Below, piece after piece: positions 9,927-19,025 of a DNA stretch of 64,000 nucleotides. The DNA is from Chitinispirillaceae bacterium (lineage in GTDB: Bacteria; Fibrobacterota; Chitinivibrionia; Chitinivibrionales; Chitinispirillaceae): the NCBI GenBank assembly GCA_016930275.1, contig JAFGHA010000127.1, forward strand, positions 500 through 64,499, written 5' to 3'. The notes below the pieces were generated by a model. That model was not told where the DNA came from and made no database searches. It saw nothing but the letters and a program-made list of their open reading frames with translations. The stretch's first letter is position 1, and each line of letters starts with the position of its first letter. A program made the translations under genes and the position numbers.

Positions 9927-10736
9927 ATGGAATTTGTTGTAATCCCACTTTTACTGATCGTCGTCATCATACTCCAGATCGTTATTCTGGGTAATCAGCA
10001 GAAAAATACAAAACTGCTTAAAAGTTTATCGACGTTCAAACCAAGAAATCAGCATCCGGATCATGGTCGAGAACGTAATCGCGACCGGAAAGACAATAAT
10101 TTCAAGCATAACCGGAGAAATCAGCAGGATTTCAAACCGAAACAGTCCTCATCATCCGGTCAACAGACGGCCCAGGCCTCCGGTGCGGTTGAAAATGTTG
10201 AAAAATCACTTCGCGACATCAATCTGAAGCTTAAAAATGCAGAACGTGACCAGGAAGCCGCCCGTCGCCGTATTCAGGAAAACATCGGAGAAGAAGGCTC
10301 TGGGCCCCGTCAACGCCAACGCAACGACGGTAACCGCGGTGGACGCGACAACAATCGCCGAGACCGTAACAACCGCAATAACTGGCGAGGCCGCAACAAT
10401 CAGGATCGTCCCTCCAATTCCGGAAAAAGTCACTCGCCGGCAGATCACCACCCTTCTGAAGGAAACACTTTTCAGGAATCACAGCAGGCGTCAACGGTGT
10501 CAGAACCCGCCACGCTTCCCGATCTTACCCCGGTCGATTTCGATGCGGAACTTGAACACGGTAGAAAAGTTCAGGTAAAACGTCGTATTTTAAAAGAAGA
10601 ACTTCCGGGAGCAGCTCAGGAGAATCCAGCGGAAACGGGTACCTCTCAAAATTCCGACGCTGTCGATTTCAGTGTAGCCGAATCAACGGAACAGACGGAA
10701 TCCTCCACAGACGAAATCCGTTTCGGACGCAGGTAA
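9927..10736 (+). CDS. Membrane-anchored protein with an Arg/Asn/Asp-rich low-complexity region
   Basis: ATG at 9927 preceded by GGAG. N-terminal TM MEFVVIPLLLIVVIILQIVIL. Then RERNRDRKDNN...RQRQRNDGNRGGRDNNRRDRNNRNNWRGRNNQDR. A strong terminator follows. Confidence 0.55.
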   Translation: MEFVVIPLLLIVVIILQIVILGNQQKNTKLLKSLSTFKPRNQHPDHGRERNRDRKDNNFKHNRRNQQDFKPKQSSSSGQQTAQASGAVENVEKSLRDINLKLKNAERDQEAARRRIQENIGEEGSGPRQRQRNDGNRGGRDNNRRDRNNRNNWRGRNNQDRPSNSGKSHSPADHHPSEGNTFQESQQASTVSEPATLPDLTPVDFDAELEHGRKVQVKRRILKEELPGAAQENPAETGTSQNSDAVDFSVAESTEQTESSTDEIRFGRR

Positions 10737-10778
10737 CAAGCGGCGTTGGTATTTCAACGGACCGAAATTTCATAAAAA

Positions 10779-10812
10779 GCCGGAGAGGTGTAATCTCTCC
10801 GGCTTTTTTATT
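10779..10812. terminator. Bidirectional rho-independent terminator between convergent genes
   Basis: Stem GCCGGAGAG (10779-10787) pairs with CTCTCCGGC (10795-10803) around a 7-nt loop. An A-run sits upstream and TTTTTTATTTT downstream. Confidence 0.75.
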
Positions 10813-10932
10813 TTCTACGAATCGATCAATTTTCTTTAATAATGAAGTACAGGAAGTTTAGCAGCGGTATCACAGAAAAAAAAGTCTCGCCCGACAGGAC
10901 CGGAAGAACGGCATTGTCCCTCTATCGATCAC

Positions 10933-12567
10933 TCACTTACGCTTGAGCAAACCGGTTAACGACTCCCTGAACCGCTGAATACCGAAACGGTCGTACAGAA
11001 AAAAAATGCAGCAGATCATGACTGGTGCGATACAGAGGATTTTCAGTCCGTTGTCAAAAATACGGTTTTCCATCGTGACAACTTTCCCGCACCAACGATA
11101 TGATAGTATTCCCACAACAGCTCCGACAACCGTACAAAGAACGATTTTCCCGATTGTCATGCCCATTTCACGGACCATGCTTCCTGATCCGTGACGTTTC
11201 GCCCAGATACCGTACAATATTCCACACTGCAGAAAAGAACCGGCAACCGCCGCGAGTGCGATCCCGCGCGCTCCGAAGAATCTACTGAACAGAAAGTACA
11301 TAGGCACCGTAATAAGTGCCATTACGGTACTCGTTAACATCGGTAGAATCATATTCTGCATCGCGTAAAAAGCCCGAGCAACGATAAAATAAGCGCTGAA
11401 TGAAAACGCGCCGGTAAGATACACCGTAAACACCGCTGTCGTTTCGATACTTGACTGAAAGTTAAATCGCCCCCGCTGATAAAGAAGCACGATTATCGGC
11501 TGCGCAAGAACGAAAAATACTGCAGAAAGCGGGAGAAGGTACAGTGCGATTTTCTTCAGTACCGAATGAAGCAACTGTTCCATCTCCGCGAATTTCCGTT
11601 CTGCGGCCAGTTTTGTCATGAACGGATAGAACGCTACTCCCGAAGCCTGACCGAACATCGCCACCAGCATCATGGTGGTACGCAATGCATAATTGACACT
11701 TGAAGTAGCACCTTCGGGAAGATACGACCCGAAATACCTGAAAAATATTTCGTTTGAAAAAGTCATACCCAGTCCGAGGATCAGTGGTAGTGTTTTCTTT
11801 ATATAGATATAAAGATCAGGATCTCTGAAATCACATACTGCCGTCAGTCGCATCCCGCAACTGATCGCTCCGGGTATCTGCAACAGGAAGTTACCGAAGA
11901 ACGCCCCCCCCACGACCCCCCAGGCGAACCCTTCAATACCATACCGGGTGCCAAAAAGAATACCGCCGAGAATTATCCCTAAGTTATAACCGAGGGGTGC
12001 CAGTGCCGGAAGGAAAAATTTCTTTTGTGCCATTTGTACTGCGCTGAGCAGTGCACCCCAATAGAATAAAAGTTGCGCCGGAAGAATGATCCGGGTCAGA
12101 CGTACCGTGAGCGGAAAACTCTGCGGATCATTGATTTGCGGGCCGAGAAGTTTGAGGATGCCGGGAACCAGAAACACGGTAATGGGTATTATTATACCGA
12201 ATACCATTGTACCGATAATAAAGAGATTTGAAAAAGACCTCCACGCCAGATCCTCCCGATTATTGACAAGGTGTTTCTGAAAAATAGGAATGAAGGTGAT
12301 TGATAGAAATCCACCGGCGAGAAAGTGATTCAACAGTTCGGGAATTATAAATGAGGTAACATACGCATCCATTTCATAGGAAGTACCGCCGTAATCCGCA
12401 AGAATCATCTCCCGGAACAACCCAATGACTCTACTCAGCAATACCGATCCCATCATGATCAAAGCGGCAATTGAAAGAGATTGGCTTTCTCCGCCGGTAG
12501 TACTTTTATCCGATATTTTTTCCGCAGAATCCGACATCAGTGTCCTGAATGTTTTCTGGCCGTGCAT
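10933..12567 (-). CDS. murJ: Lipid II flippase MurJ (MviN family)
   Basis: 544 aa, polytopic. N-terminal LLSRVIGLFREMILADYGGTSYEMDAYVTSFIIPELL is the typical MurJ signature region. Confidence 0.9.
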   Translation of the reverse strand: MHGQKTFRTLMSDSAEKISDKSTTGGESQSLSIAALIMMGSVLLSRVIGLFREMILADYGGTSYEMDAYVTSFIIPELLNHFLAGGFLSITFIPIFQKHLVNNREDLAWRSFSNLFIIGTMVFGIIIPITVFLVPGILKLLGPQINDPQSFPLTVRLTRIILPAQLLFYWGALLSAVQMAQKKFFLPALAPLGYNLGIILGGILFGTRYGIEGFAWGVVGGAFFGNFLLQIPGAISCGMRLTAVCDFRDPDLYIYIKKTLPLILGLGMTFSNEIFFRYFGSYLPEGATSSVNYALRTTMMLVAMFGQASGVAFYPFMTKLAAERKFAEMEQLLHSVLKKIALYLLPLSAVFFVLAQPIIVLLYQRGRFNFQSSIETTAVFTVYLTGAFSFSAYFIVARAFYAMQNMILPMLTSTVMALITVPMYFLFSRFFGARGIALAAVAGSFLQCGILYGIWAKRHGSGSMVREMGMTIGKIVLCTVVGAVVGILSYRWCGKVVTMENRIFDNGLKILCIAPVMICCIFFLYDRFGIQRFRESLTGLLKRK

Positions 12568-12752
12568 TTATGAAGCGATCGTTGTATGGTCCCTCAGCTC
12601 CCTGACGGTCAGGGTACTATTAAAAATAGACATTGTCCTATGATTTGTGTCAATTTGACCTGTTTCAATTCAGTCTGAATCTTTTCTGGTTATAACTAAT
12701 GCAAATAATGATGCACTCTCCTGTAATTGCGAACCGGTAGAAAGGTAACAAT

Positions 12753-12784
12753 AAAAAAGGGTTTGCGATGACTACCGCAAACCC
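12753..12784 (-). terminator. Rho-independent terminator downstream of the histone-like gene
   Basis: GGGTTTGCG (12759-12767) pairs with CGCAAACCC (12776-12784) around an 8-nt loop. On the minus strand the stem is followed by a T6 run (plus-strand A-run 12753-12758). Confidence 0.7.
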
Positions 12785-12808
12785 CTCTTTTTTCACTGTT
12801 ACAAAAAT

Positions 12809-13318
12809 TTACTTCTTACCTTTTTTCTTCGCTGCTTTTTTGGCTTTTTTGGCCGGACCTTTTTTAGCAACCTTTTTGGCAGCTTTTTTTGCCACTTTCT
12901 TTACTGGCTTTTTAGCGGCTTTCTTTACTACCTTTTTTACCGCTTTTTTTGCCACTTTCTTCGCTGGCTTTTTGGCGGCTTTCTTTACTACCTTTTTTAC
13001 CGCTTTTTTTGCCACTTTCTTTGTTACTTTCTTGCCGGCTTTCTTTACTTTCTTCTTTGACTCATTGATAATCCGATACGTCTGAGAAATGGACAGCTTG
13101 AACTTTTTTGCCAGAGCTGTTCCGGACGCACCGCCTTCGTACATCGCGACAATTTCAGCGTTGCGTTTCGGATTGTCGGCAAGTGATGAATCAATGCCGT
13201 ACTTTTTACGCAACTGATGAACCGCCTGACGGGTAATACCAAACTGTTCCCCGATTGCCGCATCGGTCTGCAACTTCTTCTGAAGTTTGATGAGTTGAGT
13301 TTTGCTGATACGTGCCAT
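12809..13318 (-). CDS. Histone H1-like / nucleoid-associated protein: N-terminal HTH region plus Lys/Ala-rich repeat tail
   Basis: N-terminus IGEQFGITRQAVHQLRKKYG plus a second HTH-like LAKKFKLSISQTYRIINE. C-terminal ~85 aa is KKVAKKAVKKVVKKAAKKP repeated. Confidence 0.85.
   Translation of the reverse strand: MARISKTQLIKLQKKLQTDAAIGEQFGITRQAVHQLRKKYGIDSSLADNPKRNAEIVAMYEGGASGTALAKKFKLSISQTYRIINESKKKVKKAGKKVTKKVAKKAVKKVVKKAAKKPAKKVAKKAVKKVVKKAAKKPVKKVAKKAAKKVAKKGPAKKAKKAAKKKGKK
12891..13050. repeat. 60-bp tandem repeat (about 2.6 copies) encoding the 20-aa K/A-rich unit
   Basis: Units 12891-12950 and 12951-13010 differ at 3 of 60 positions. A third, diverged partial unit follows. Confidence 0.9.
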
Positions 13319-14368
13319 ACGACGCTTACTCCTCTCTAAGTAAGGTTGTGGTATAAGTAACTAAAAGCACTGCGTGGCAATGAATATATTCGCTTGAAGC
13401 AATTGACCAGAGCTGATGGATTTATATAATTGAGGATCATTCCAATTTGACTTGCTGTTAGTTATAATATACAACCGATTTTTTAATTTAGCAATATATA
13501 CAACTGTTTTTGTGTAATTGATTTGTATTATACCAGATTTTTCTCGACTTGTCCACTAGTAATAGACGTTTGAAAGTTTATTTTATTGTTTTTTTCTGAT
13601 ATCATAAAATCAATTGACGATACCGGTACGGGAAAAGTGCTTCCCGATGTCCATTCTATGCGGTTCCGCAGCTCAAAAACTACAGATGCAATATCGTACT
13701 AATATTGTCGGAAGCCCTTCCGGCAGCTTATTGTACGCTTGTTTTCCGCCAACCGGGAATTACAACGTCAAGCACTTCATCACTTCCGGTATTCCCCGGT
13801 CAAACAATCCGCAGATATTGCACCTGTCATGTAAGCACCGACACCTATTTGTTTGCCGCCGTCGTCTGGCTCCATCCGGTGGTATACGACCTTTACACCA
13901 TTTGCAGGCAGTTTAATAAAAGAATAAACACGAATACCGTCCGTTTTCCTAAACACTTTACCCCTGCCTTTCGCTGGTCACCAATACCGGTACAGGGAAC
14001 AAACCACAATATGCTGTTACACTACTACCGTTTGCACTATACGTTGATGCTGGATTTTCGGGTTTTTTGATGTATACTCATAGTCATATTTCAGTATCGC
14101 TTTCGACAGACCGGAACAGCAATAGGTGTCCTCATCTCCTCATACCAGACGGCATAATACATTTTTTTACTGGTAGTCATCCGACAGCAAAACGAATGTT
14201 TAGCGAACCTGGGTTTTTACGGATGCTCCGGAAACGATTTCTCCCTCTGTCGATTATGGATTCAATACGTTTCAAATCCGCGTTGCGATGAATTAGTTGA
14301 CGTATCTTTCATATAATCAACATATTGTCGTATAGTATATCTATCAAGGCCGATTCAACGAAAACGAT

Positions 14369-15052
14369 ATGATACCAATTAAAACAGACGTTCAAATCAA
14401 GACGCCACCTTATCTGACGATTATTTTCTGTCTTGTCTGCACAGTTATTTACTGTCTCCAGTCACCTGTTTTGTTTCCCGGAGGTGTTGTCCCTCTCGAT
14501 TTTGTCTATTCTCTTCTGCATCCCGGCGGCCATCTCGTCACATCGGGAATTATTCTGATGAGCTCTTTTTTTCTCCATGGAAGCCTAATGCATCTAATCG
14601 GAAACATGTGGTATCTGTGGCTTTTCGGAAGCAAACTTGAAGGCACCATAGGCCATTTCCGTTTTCTTCTCCTCTATTTCGCATCCGGTATCATCGCGAT
14701 GCTTACTCAGATCGCCAATGATCCTCTTTCCACCATACCGATAATCGGAGCAAGCGGAGCAATCGCCGGGTGCATGGGAATGTACCTGATCGTACTCCCG
14801 TTTTCCAAAGTAATCCTTGGTATTCCACCGCTGTTTTCCGTCCGTCTTTACGCAGGATTCTTCCTTCTTTTATGGTTCTGGTTACAATGGGCAAGTGTCG
14901 GATCAACGCATCTCTCCTCCGGTCGAATCGCATGGTGGGCACATATTGGAGGTTTCTGTTTCGGAGCGCTTTCCGGTTTGTATTTTCGATTTTTTCTTTC
15001 TTCCAGGAAGAATTATCACACAAAAAGACAAAAAGGACACCGACGAAAATGA
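14369..15052 (+). CDS. Rhomboid family intramembrane serine protease
   Basis: HLIGNMWYLWLFG, catalytic GASGAIAGCMG (GxSG) and AHIGGFCFG (catalytic His) in a polytopic membrane protein. Confidence 0.9.
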   Translation: MIPIKTDVQIKTPPYLTIIFCLVCTVIYCLQSPVLFPGGVVPLDFVYSLLHPGGHLVTSGIILMSSFFLHGSLMHLIGNMWYLWLFGSKLEGTIGHFRFLLLYFASGIIAMLTQIANDPLSTIPIIGASGAIAGCMGMYLIVLPFSKVILGIPPLFSVRLYAGFFLLLWFWLQWASVGSTHLSSGRIAWWAHIGGFCFGALSGLYFRFFLSSRKNYHTKRQKGHRRK

Positions 15053-15480
15053 CACCATTTCCTCCCGCAAGACATTCAACTTACCAGATTATCCTAACTA
15101 CCATAACCGGAGGGAGGGAGGCAGATGTCTTTTTCATAGACTAGTATCAGTTCCCGAATTCAGGAAAACACCCGTTCCTTCCAACAGACGTGAACCTGAA
15201 CCGGGCATTAATTATTATGAAAAAAAGCACAATGTCGTTTGAAGATGATATAGCTAACGACTAATTCTTCCGTTAACCGGGGAGGCAAGGTAGCCATTTT
15301 ACCGGTGACGGTGTTGCCAACAGCTTATCTATAAGCACAAAGGGATCTGAGCTCTACCATTTTTGTCGTCAGTCTGAGATGAAAATTGATTTTAGTTTTT
15401 TCGGCTGTTTTTGATTATTTTATAGATAAGATCAAGGACAATTCTACTAAACTTATTTCTTAGTCTTAGGATTTACAATT

Positions 15481-15810
15481 ATGGGTTTTTCGTACGACCA
15501 TGATAAATTTGTCGCAAAAAACAGATCTCTTGCCTCTGCAGAGCGAATCGACCGAAAAGATGAAGAACTGGAGAAAAAAGGCTTCGCACACCTGAAAAGA
15601 AACCAGGAAGCATCCTGTTTCAACTGCAAAATGCGTTCGACCTGTCCTACATTCAAAGGAAAACGAAGTGGGGGAGCCTCAGGTGTCGTCTCTTTCGGCG
15701 GTGAACAGACATTTATCTGTGACCGTTATACCCCCGCACCAGCACAGGAAAAAAATATGTCCACCAAACAGATCAAATCTCTTCTCAAGAACATAAAAAA
15801 AGGATACTGA
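15481..15810 (+). CDS. Hypothetical small Cys-containing protein
   Basis: 109-aa ORF with CFNCKMRSTC ... FICDRY (four Cys, possibly metal-binding) and a basic tail. No family recognised. Confidence 0.45.
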   Translation: MGFSYDHDKFVAKNRSLASAERIDRKDEELEKKGFAHLKRNQEASCFNCKMRSTCPTFKGKRSGGASGVVSFGGEQTFICDRYTPAPAQEKNMSTKQIKSLLKNIKKGY

Positions 15811-16095
15811 CCTCCCACATTAGAAATAATCATTTTTTTCGGAGCTTGGTTTTATACATGAACCGGAACTCCGGCTACTCAGTGATCATTGTAAAAGTAT
15901 ATGCAGCAAGAGAACATTCGTTTCATTACTATTTATGTATTTCAAACCGTTGTGTTCCGGCACTTCCGAGAACATAATAAAGTGCGTCCACGACTTGGAT
16001 GAAACTGAACGGTAATCGATATATTTTCCAAGGTGTATCTATCTTATTTCGGATTCTGTCTTCTCAGCACTATCGCTACCATTTAAGGAGCTTCT

Positions 16096-16863
16096 ATGGC
16101 GACTTCTCCACTAGAATTGTACGAAAATGCCTATCGTTTACACTATACTGAAAATCGGATTCCAGCAGCAGTAGAGCTCTACAAACAACTGATCAAAGAG
16201 TTTCCCGATGCCAATGAATGCGGCTATGCGGTTATTCAACTTCAAAAAATAAAAGCCCAGAACGTAGCGGCATCATTTTCTGAATCGGCACCGGTTGCGA
16301 ATGAAAAAAAAGTGAATACCATTATACTGGTATGTCTTTGTTTATCCATTGGATCACTTCTTTTTTCTGTATACCTCTACGGCAATTTTTCCGCACAACT
16401 TCGTGCAGAAAAAAAACTGAGCGCAACGGCTATGAACGCTCTTGGGAAAATCGCCCGGAACGAACCTGAAGAAGCCCTGCAGCTGCTCAGTGAACTTAAA
16501 CGGCTCAATCCAAAAGCAATTGCTCCCTATGAATTCGCCGCGGATATCTACCGGAAGCAGCTGAAATACGATGAAGCAAGGAATGAATACAGCACCTACT
16601 TTAAAAACAACCCCGGTAAGAAGCCCACTCCTTCTGAAACCACCTATATGAACTACAACAACCGATCTGAAAAAACCGGGATGACCAATAGAAAGCCTCC
16701 ACAACCATCCACGGCGGATGCCTTAAAAAGGCAGATCTCCCCTTCAGCAAGAAAAAAATTATCGAGTAAAAAACGAACCCCGAAACCACCGCCACCGAAA
16801 ACCAGCGCGAAGAAGAAAAAAAGTATTTATCTTATCGATCCCGACAGTGTTTCCTATTTCTAA
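16096..16863 (+). CDS. TPR-like/TM protein, module copy 1 (paralog of 35146..35550)
   Basis: About 50% identity over 50 aa with the 35146 product (LELY..AY...Y...LY..I..FPD.NE..YAV.QL.KI.AQ). A central TM, then TPR-like helices and a basic P/K-rich tail. Confidence 0.7.
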   Translation: MATSPLELYENAYRLHYTENRIPAAVELYKQLIKEFPDANECGYAVIQLQKIKAQNVAASFSESAPVANEKKVNTIILVCLCLSIGSLLFSVYLYGNFSAQLRAEKKLSATAMNALGKIARNEPEEALQLLSELKRLNPKAIAPYEFAADIYRKQLKYDEARNEYSTYFKNNPGKKPTPSETTYMNYNNRSEKTGMTNRKPPQPSTADALKRQISPSARKKLSSKKRTPKPPPPKTSAKKKKSIYLIDPDSVSYF

Positions 16864-16874
16864 CCGAGATCATA

Positions 16875-17624
16875 ATGTCGACATCAAACAAAATTGAAAA
16901 CCTCGTCTACTCCGGAAAAGTAATAGACGATCACGGCAACTGGATCACTATCGCCGAGAAGCTCCGTAAAGAAAAAATTTTTCTTTCACATCTGGAACGG
17001 GGTGAAATATTACTCAACGGCAAATGGACAGCAATGTCCGACCTCCCGGCCGAAGTGTCCTCAATCCATGCCGATACGATACGGTCCTCCCTGCAAGGAA
17101 CCACCGTCCACGATGAAACGACGCTTGATCCACCGGAAATTCCCGAAGAAACGGTCTATTTTTCGACGGTACCTTCCAGCAATGATACCGGGCATAGAGC
17201 GGACCCGGATGCAAAAACCGTAACCGATATTCCCTCCTTTGCATCCGACGAAACGGTATCCGTTTCTACCGATTCGATTCGCGACCTCCAATCAGTGCCG
17301 CTACCTGCCGATACCAACCCTGATGTGGAATTTCCTCCGGAAACAAAATCAATGGTCGTTGAAGTCATTCCACCTCCGGAAACCACCCTTAATCTATCAA
17401 CTGAATTTGAAGAAACAGCCCTTTACAATATCAAAGTTTTGAAGGACACCCCGACGGAAATTGCGGCTGCAAAAAGTGATCCCGCCACGGACACGACTGC
17501 CAATCCACCGGTATCGTCTCCATTTGATACCCCTCCTGTAAAACCGCTCTTTCCTATTACCGTCGCAGCGATTCTTATTATTATTGCTGTCATTTTCATA
17601 CTGCTCACCAAAATCCCTTTTTAA
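16875..17624 (+). CDS. Tail-anchored protein, module copy 1 (N-terminal domain paralogous to 35596..37095)
   Basis: The N-terminal ~50 aa (IEN...G.V...G.WIT..E.L..K..L.H...GEI..NG.W..M..L) is about 40% identical to the 35596 product. Acidic/Pro/Thr-rich linker. Single TM within the last 25 aa. Confidence 0.7.
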   Translation: MSTSNKIENLVYSGKVIDDHGNWITIAEKLRKEKIFLSHLERGEILLNGKWTAMSDLPAEVSSIHADTIRSSLQGTTVHDETTLDPPEIPEETVYFSTVPSSNDTGHRADPDAKTVTDIPSFASDETVSVSTDSIRDLQSVPLPADTNPDVEFPPETKSMVVEVIPPPETTLNLSTEFEETALYNIKVLKDTPTEIAAAKSDPATDTTANPPVSSPFDTPPVKPLFPITVAAILIIIAVIFILLTKIPF

Positions 17625-17837
17625 CTTGTATCCGGGATGTTATTTCTCCTGAATACATTATCATACCCTTGTCAATAACCTTATTCGGATTCAACCTGTT
17701 TTCCGCAGTTGAGCATGAAGCACAGGTGTGCCGCTGTTTTGAACCGACAGCAAAGATCATGACATCCGATTCATATCGGAATTTTTATTCCATTAGTGAG
17801 TGAAAATTGTACTTCCCGAAAAATTGATTTTCCGCAA

Positions 17838-19025
17838 CTACAGAAGCGTTGATTGAGGCTCTGGACTGATCTGCCTAAAAAGATACGACAGTATGGCTGG
17901 TACCTGTATTTCTCTGTTGAACAACATTTCAGCCCGGTGGTAGCCGTTTTTTCCCTGTTCGGAAATCAGACCTGGATGGTGTACAAAGTTCGCCATCGCA
18001 GCGGCAAAACCCTCCATATCCCCCCGGGGAATCAGCCGCCCCGTCTCTCCATTAATAATTATTTCCGTCAACCCTCCGCCGGAAAAGCCGATTACCGGAA
18101 GTCCGCACCCCTGCGCTTCAACCGCAACCCTTCCGAACGGCTCATCGTCTGACGGCAAACAGAGAACATGATGGTGCTTCAGAACATCATATGGATTATC
18201 TGTTTTATCCTCCATCACAACCAATTCCTCTAACGACGATTGCTTAATAAGCGCTTCAAGGTCCGTGCGATAGGTACATTCCCAATAACTCGTCGCTCCG
18301 ACAAGACGGAGTGTGGCAGCATCCGGAGGCAGTTTTTTCCGCAGATTTCCGAACACCTCAATCAACCGGTGACACCCCTTCCAGGGGACGATTCGACCGA
18401 GATAGAGAAAACGGATCGGTCCCACAATTTCCTTTTTTTCACAGAACTCCGGAATATATACCCCGTTGTAGACTACAGTTGCTTTCCGTTTCAGTTCCGG
18501 GGGAAGTCTATCCCTGACGGCTTGCGAAATAGCGATAACCCTAATCTGTCTCAACCGGGAAAAAATCCGGTATAAATTATAAGCAAGAGAACCGCGGGGA
18601 AAAAGTTCCCGCATGTGTACCACTGCCGCACCGCGATATCCCATAAGCAAAAGACAGAAAAGTGTCATATGCGATTTGGGAACATTCGCATGAATACAAT
18701 CCGGCTGCAGGCGATGAACCACCGCTGCTACACCTATAACATATCTGAAAAACCCGACCACCGACCACCACCGGCGGAGCAATCCGATTGCGAGCCGGTC
18801 TCGCTTGACCGACAGAATTCCGGAGGCACAGGGCACCACCAGGTGGTGCACACTGTTTGTTTTCAGCGAATCGACAAGTGCCCCTTGTTCAGAGGTGACA
18901 AGACCGACCCGGGCCTTGACGGAAGCAGCTTTGAGAATGTCGATCAGTGAGTACTCCGCACCACCGAGAGACCGCGCCCAGTGATTAATGAAGAGAATTC
19001 TCGGTCGTAGGCGTTTACCAGACAT
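17838..19025 (-). CDS. Glycosyltransferase family 4 (GT-B)
   Basis: ILFINHWARSLGGAEYS at the N-terminus and EPFGRVAVEAQGCGLPVIGFSGGGLTEII (E-x7-E region). The ATG at 19025 is preferred over the ORF maximum at 19082. Confidence 0.85.
   Translation of the reverse strand: MSGKRLRPRILFINHWARSLGGAEYSLIDILKAASVKARVGLVTSEQGALVDSLKTNSVHHLVVPCASGILSVKRDRLAIGLLRRWWSVVGFFRYVIGVAAVVHRLQPDCIHANVPKSHMTLFCLLLMGYRGAAVVHMRELFPRGSLAYNLYRIFSRLRQIRVIAISQAVRDRLPPELKRKATVVYNGVYIPEFCEKKEIVGPIRFLYLGRIVPWKGCHRLIEVFGNLRKKLPPDAATLRLVGATSYWECTYRTDLEALIKQSSLEELVVMEDKTDNPYDVLKHHHVLCLPSDDEPFGRVAVEAQGCGLPVIGFSGGGLTEIIINGETGRLIPRGDMEGFAAAMANFVHHPGLISEQGKNGYHRAEMLFNREIQVPAILSYLFRQISPEPQSTLL

Noticed and set aside
12768-13085. 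105-aa Phe/Ala/Thr-rich plus-strand ORF
   Set aside because: It is the mirror image of the Lys/Ala-repeat coding region on the minus strand (AAG/GCC repeats read as TTC/GGC). The minus-strand gene has a sensible HTH N-terminus, an RBS context and a terminator.
13614-14291. Three overlapping or adjacent plus-strand ORFs (100, 121 and 74 aa) in the gene-less region
   Set aside because: They have implausible Cys/Arg/Pro/His-rich sequences, no RBS and no motifs. They are treated as non-coding; see the finding on a possible decayed minus-strand gene.
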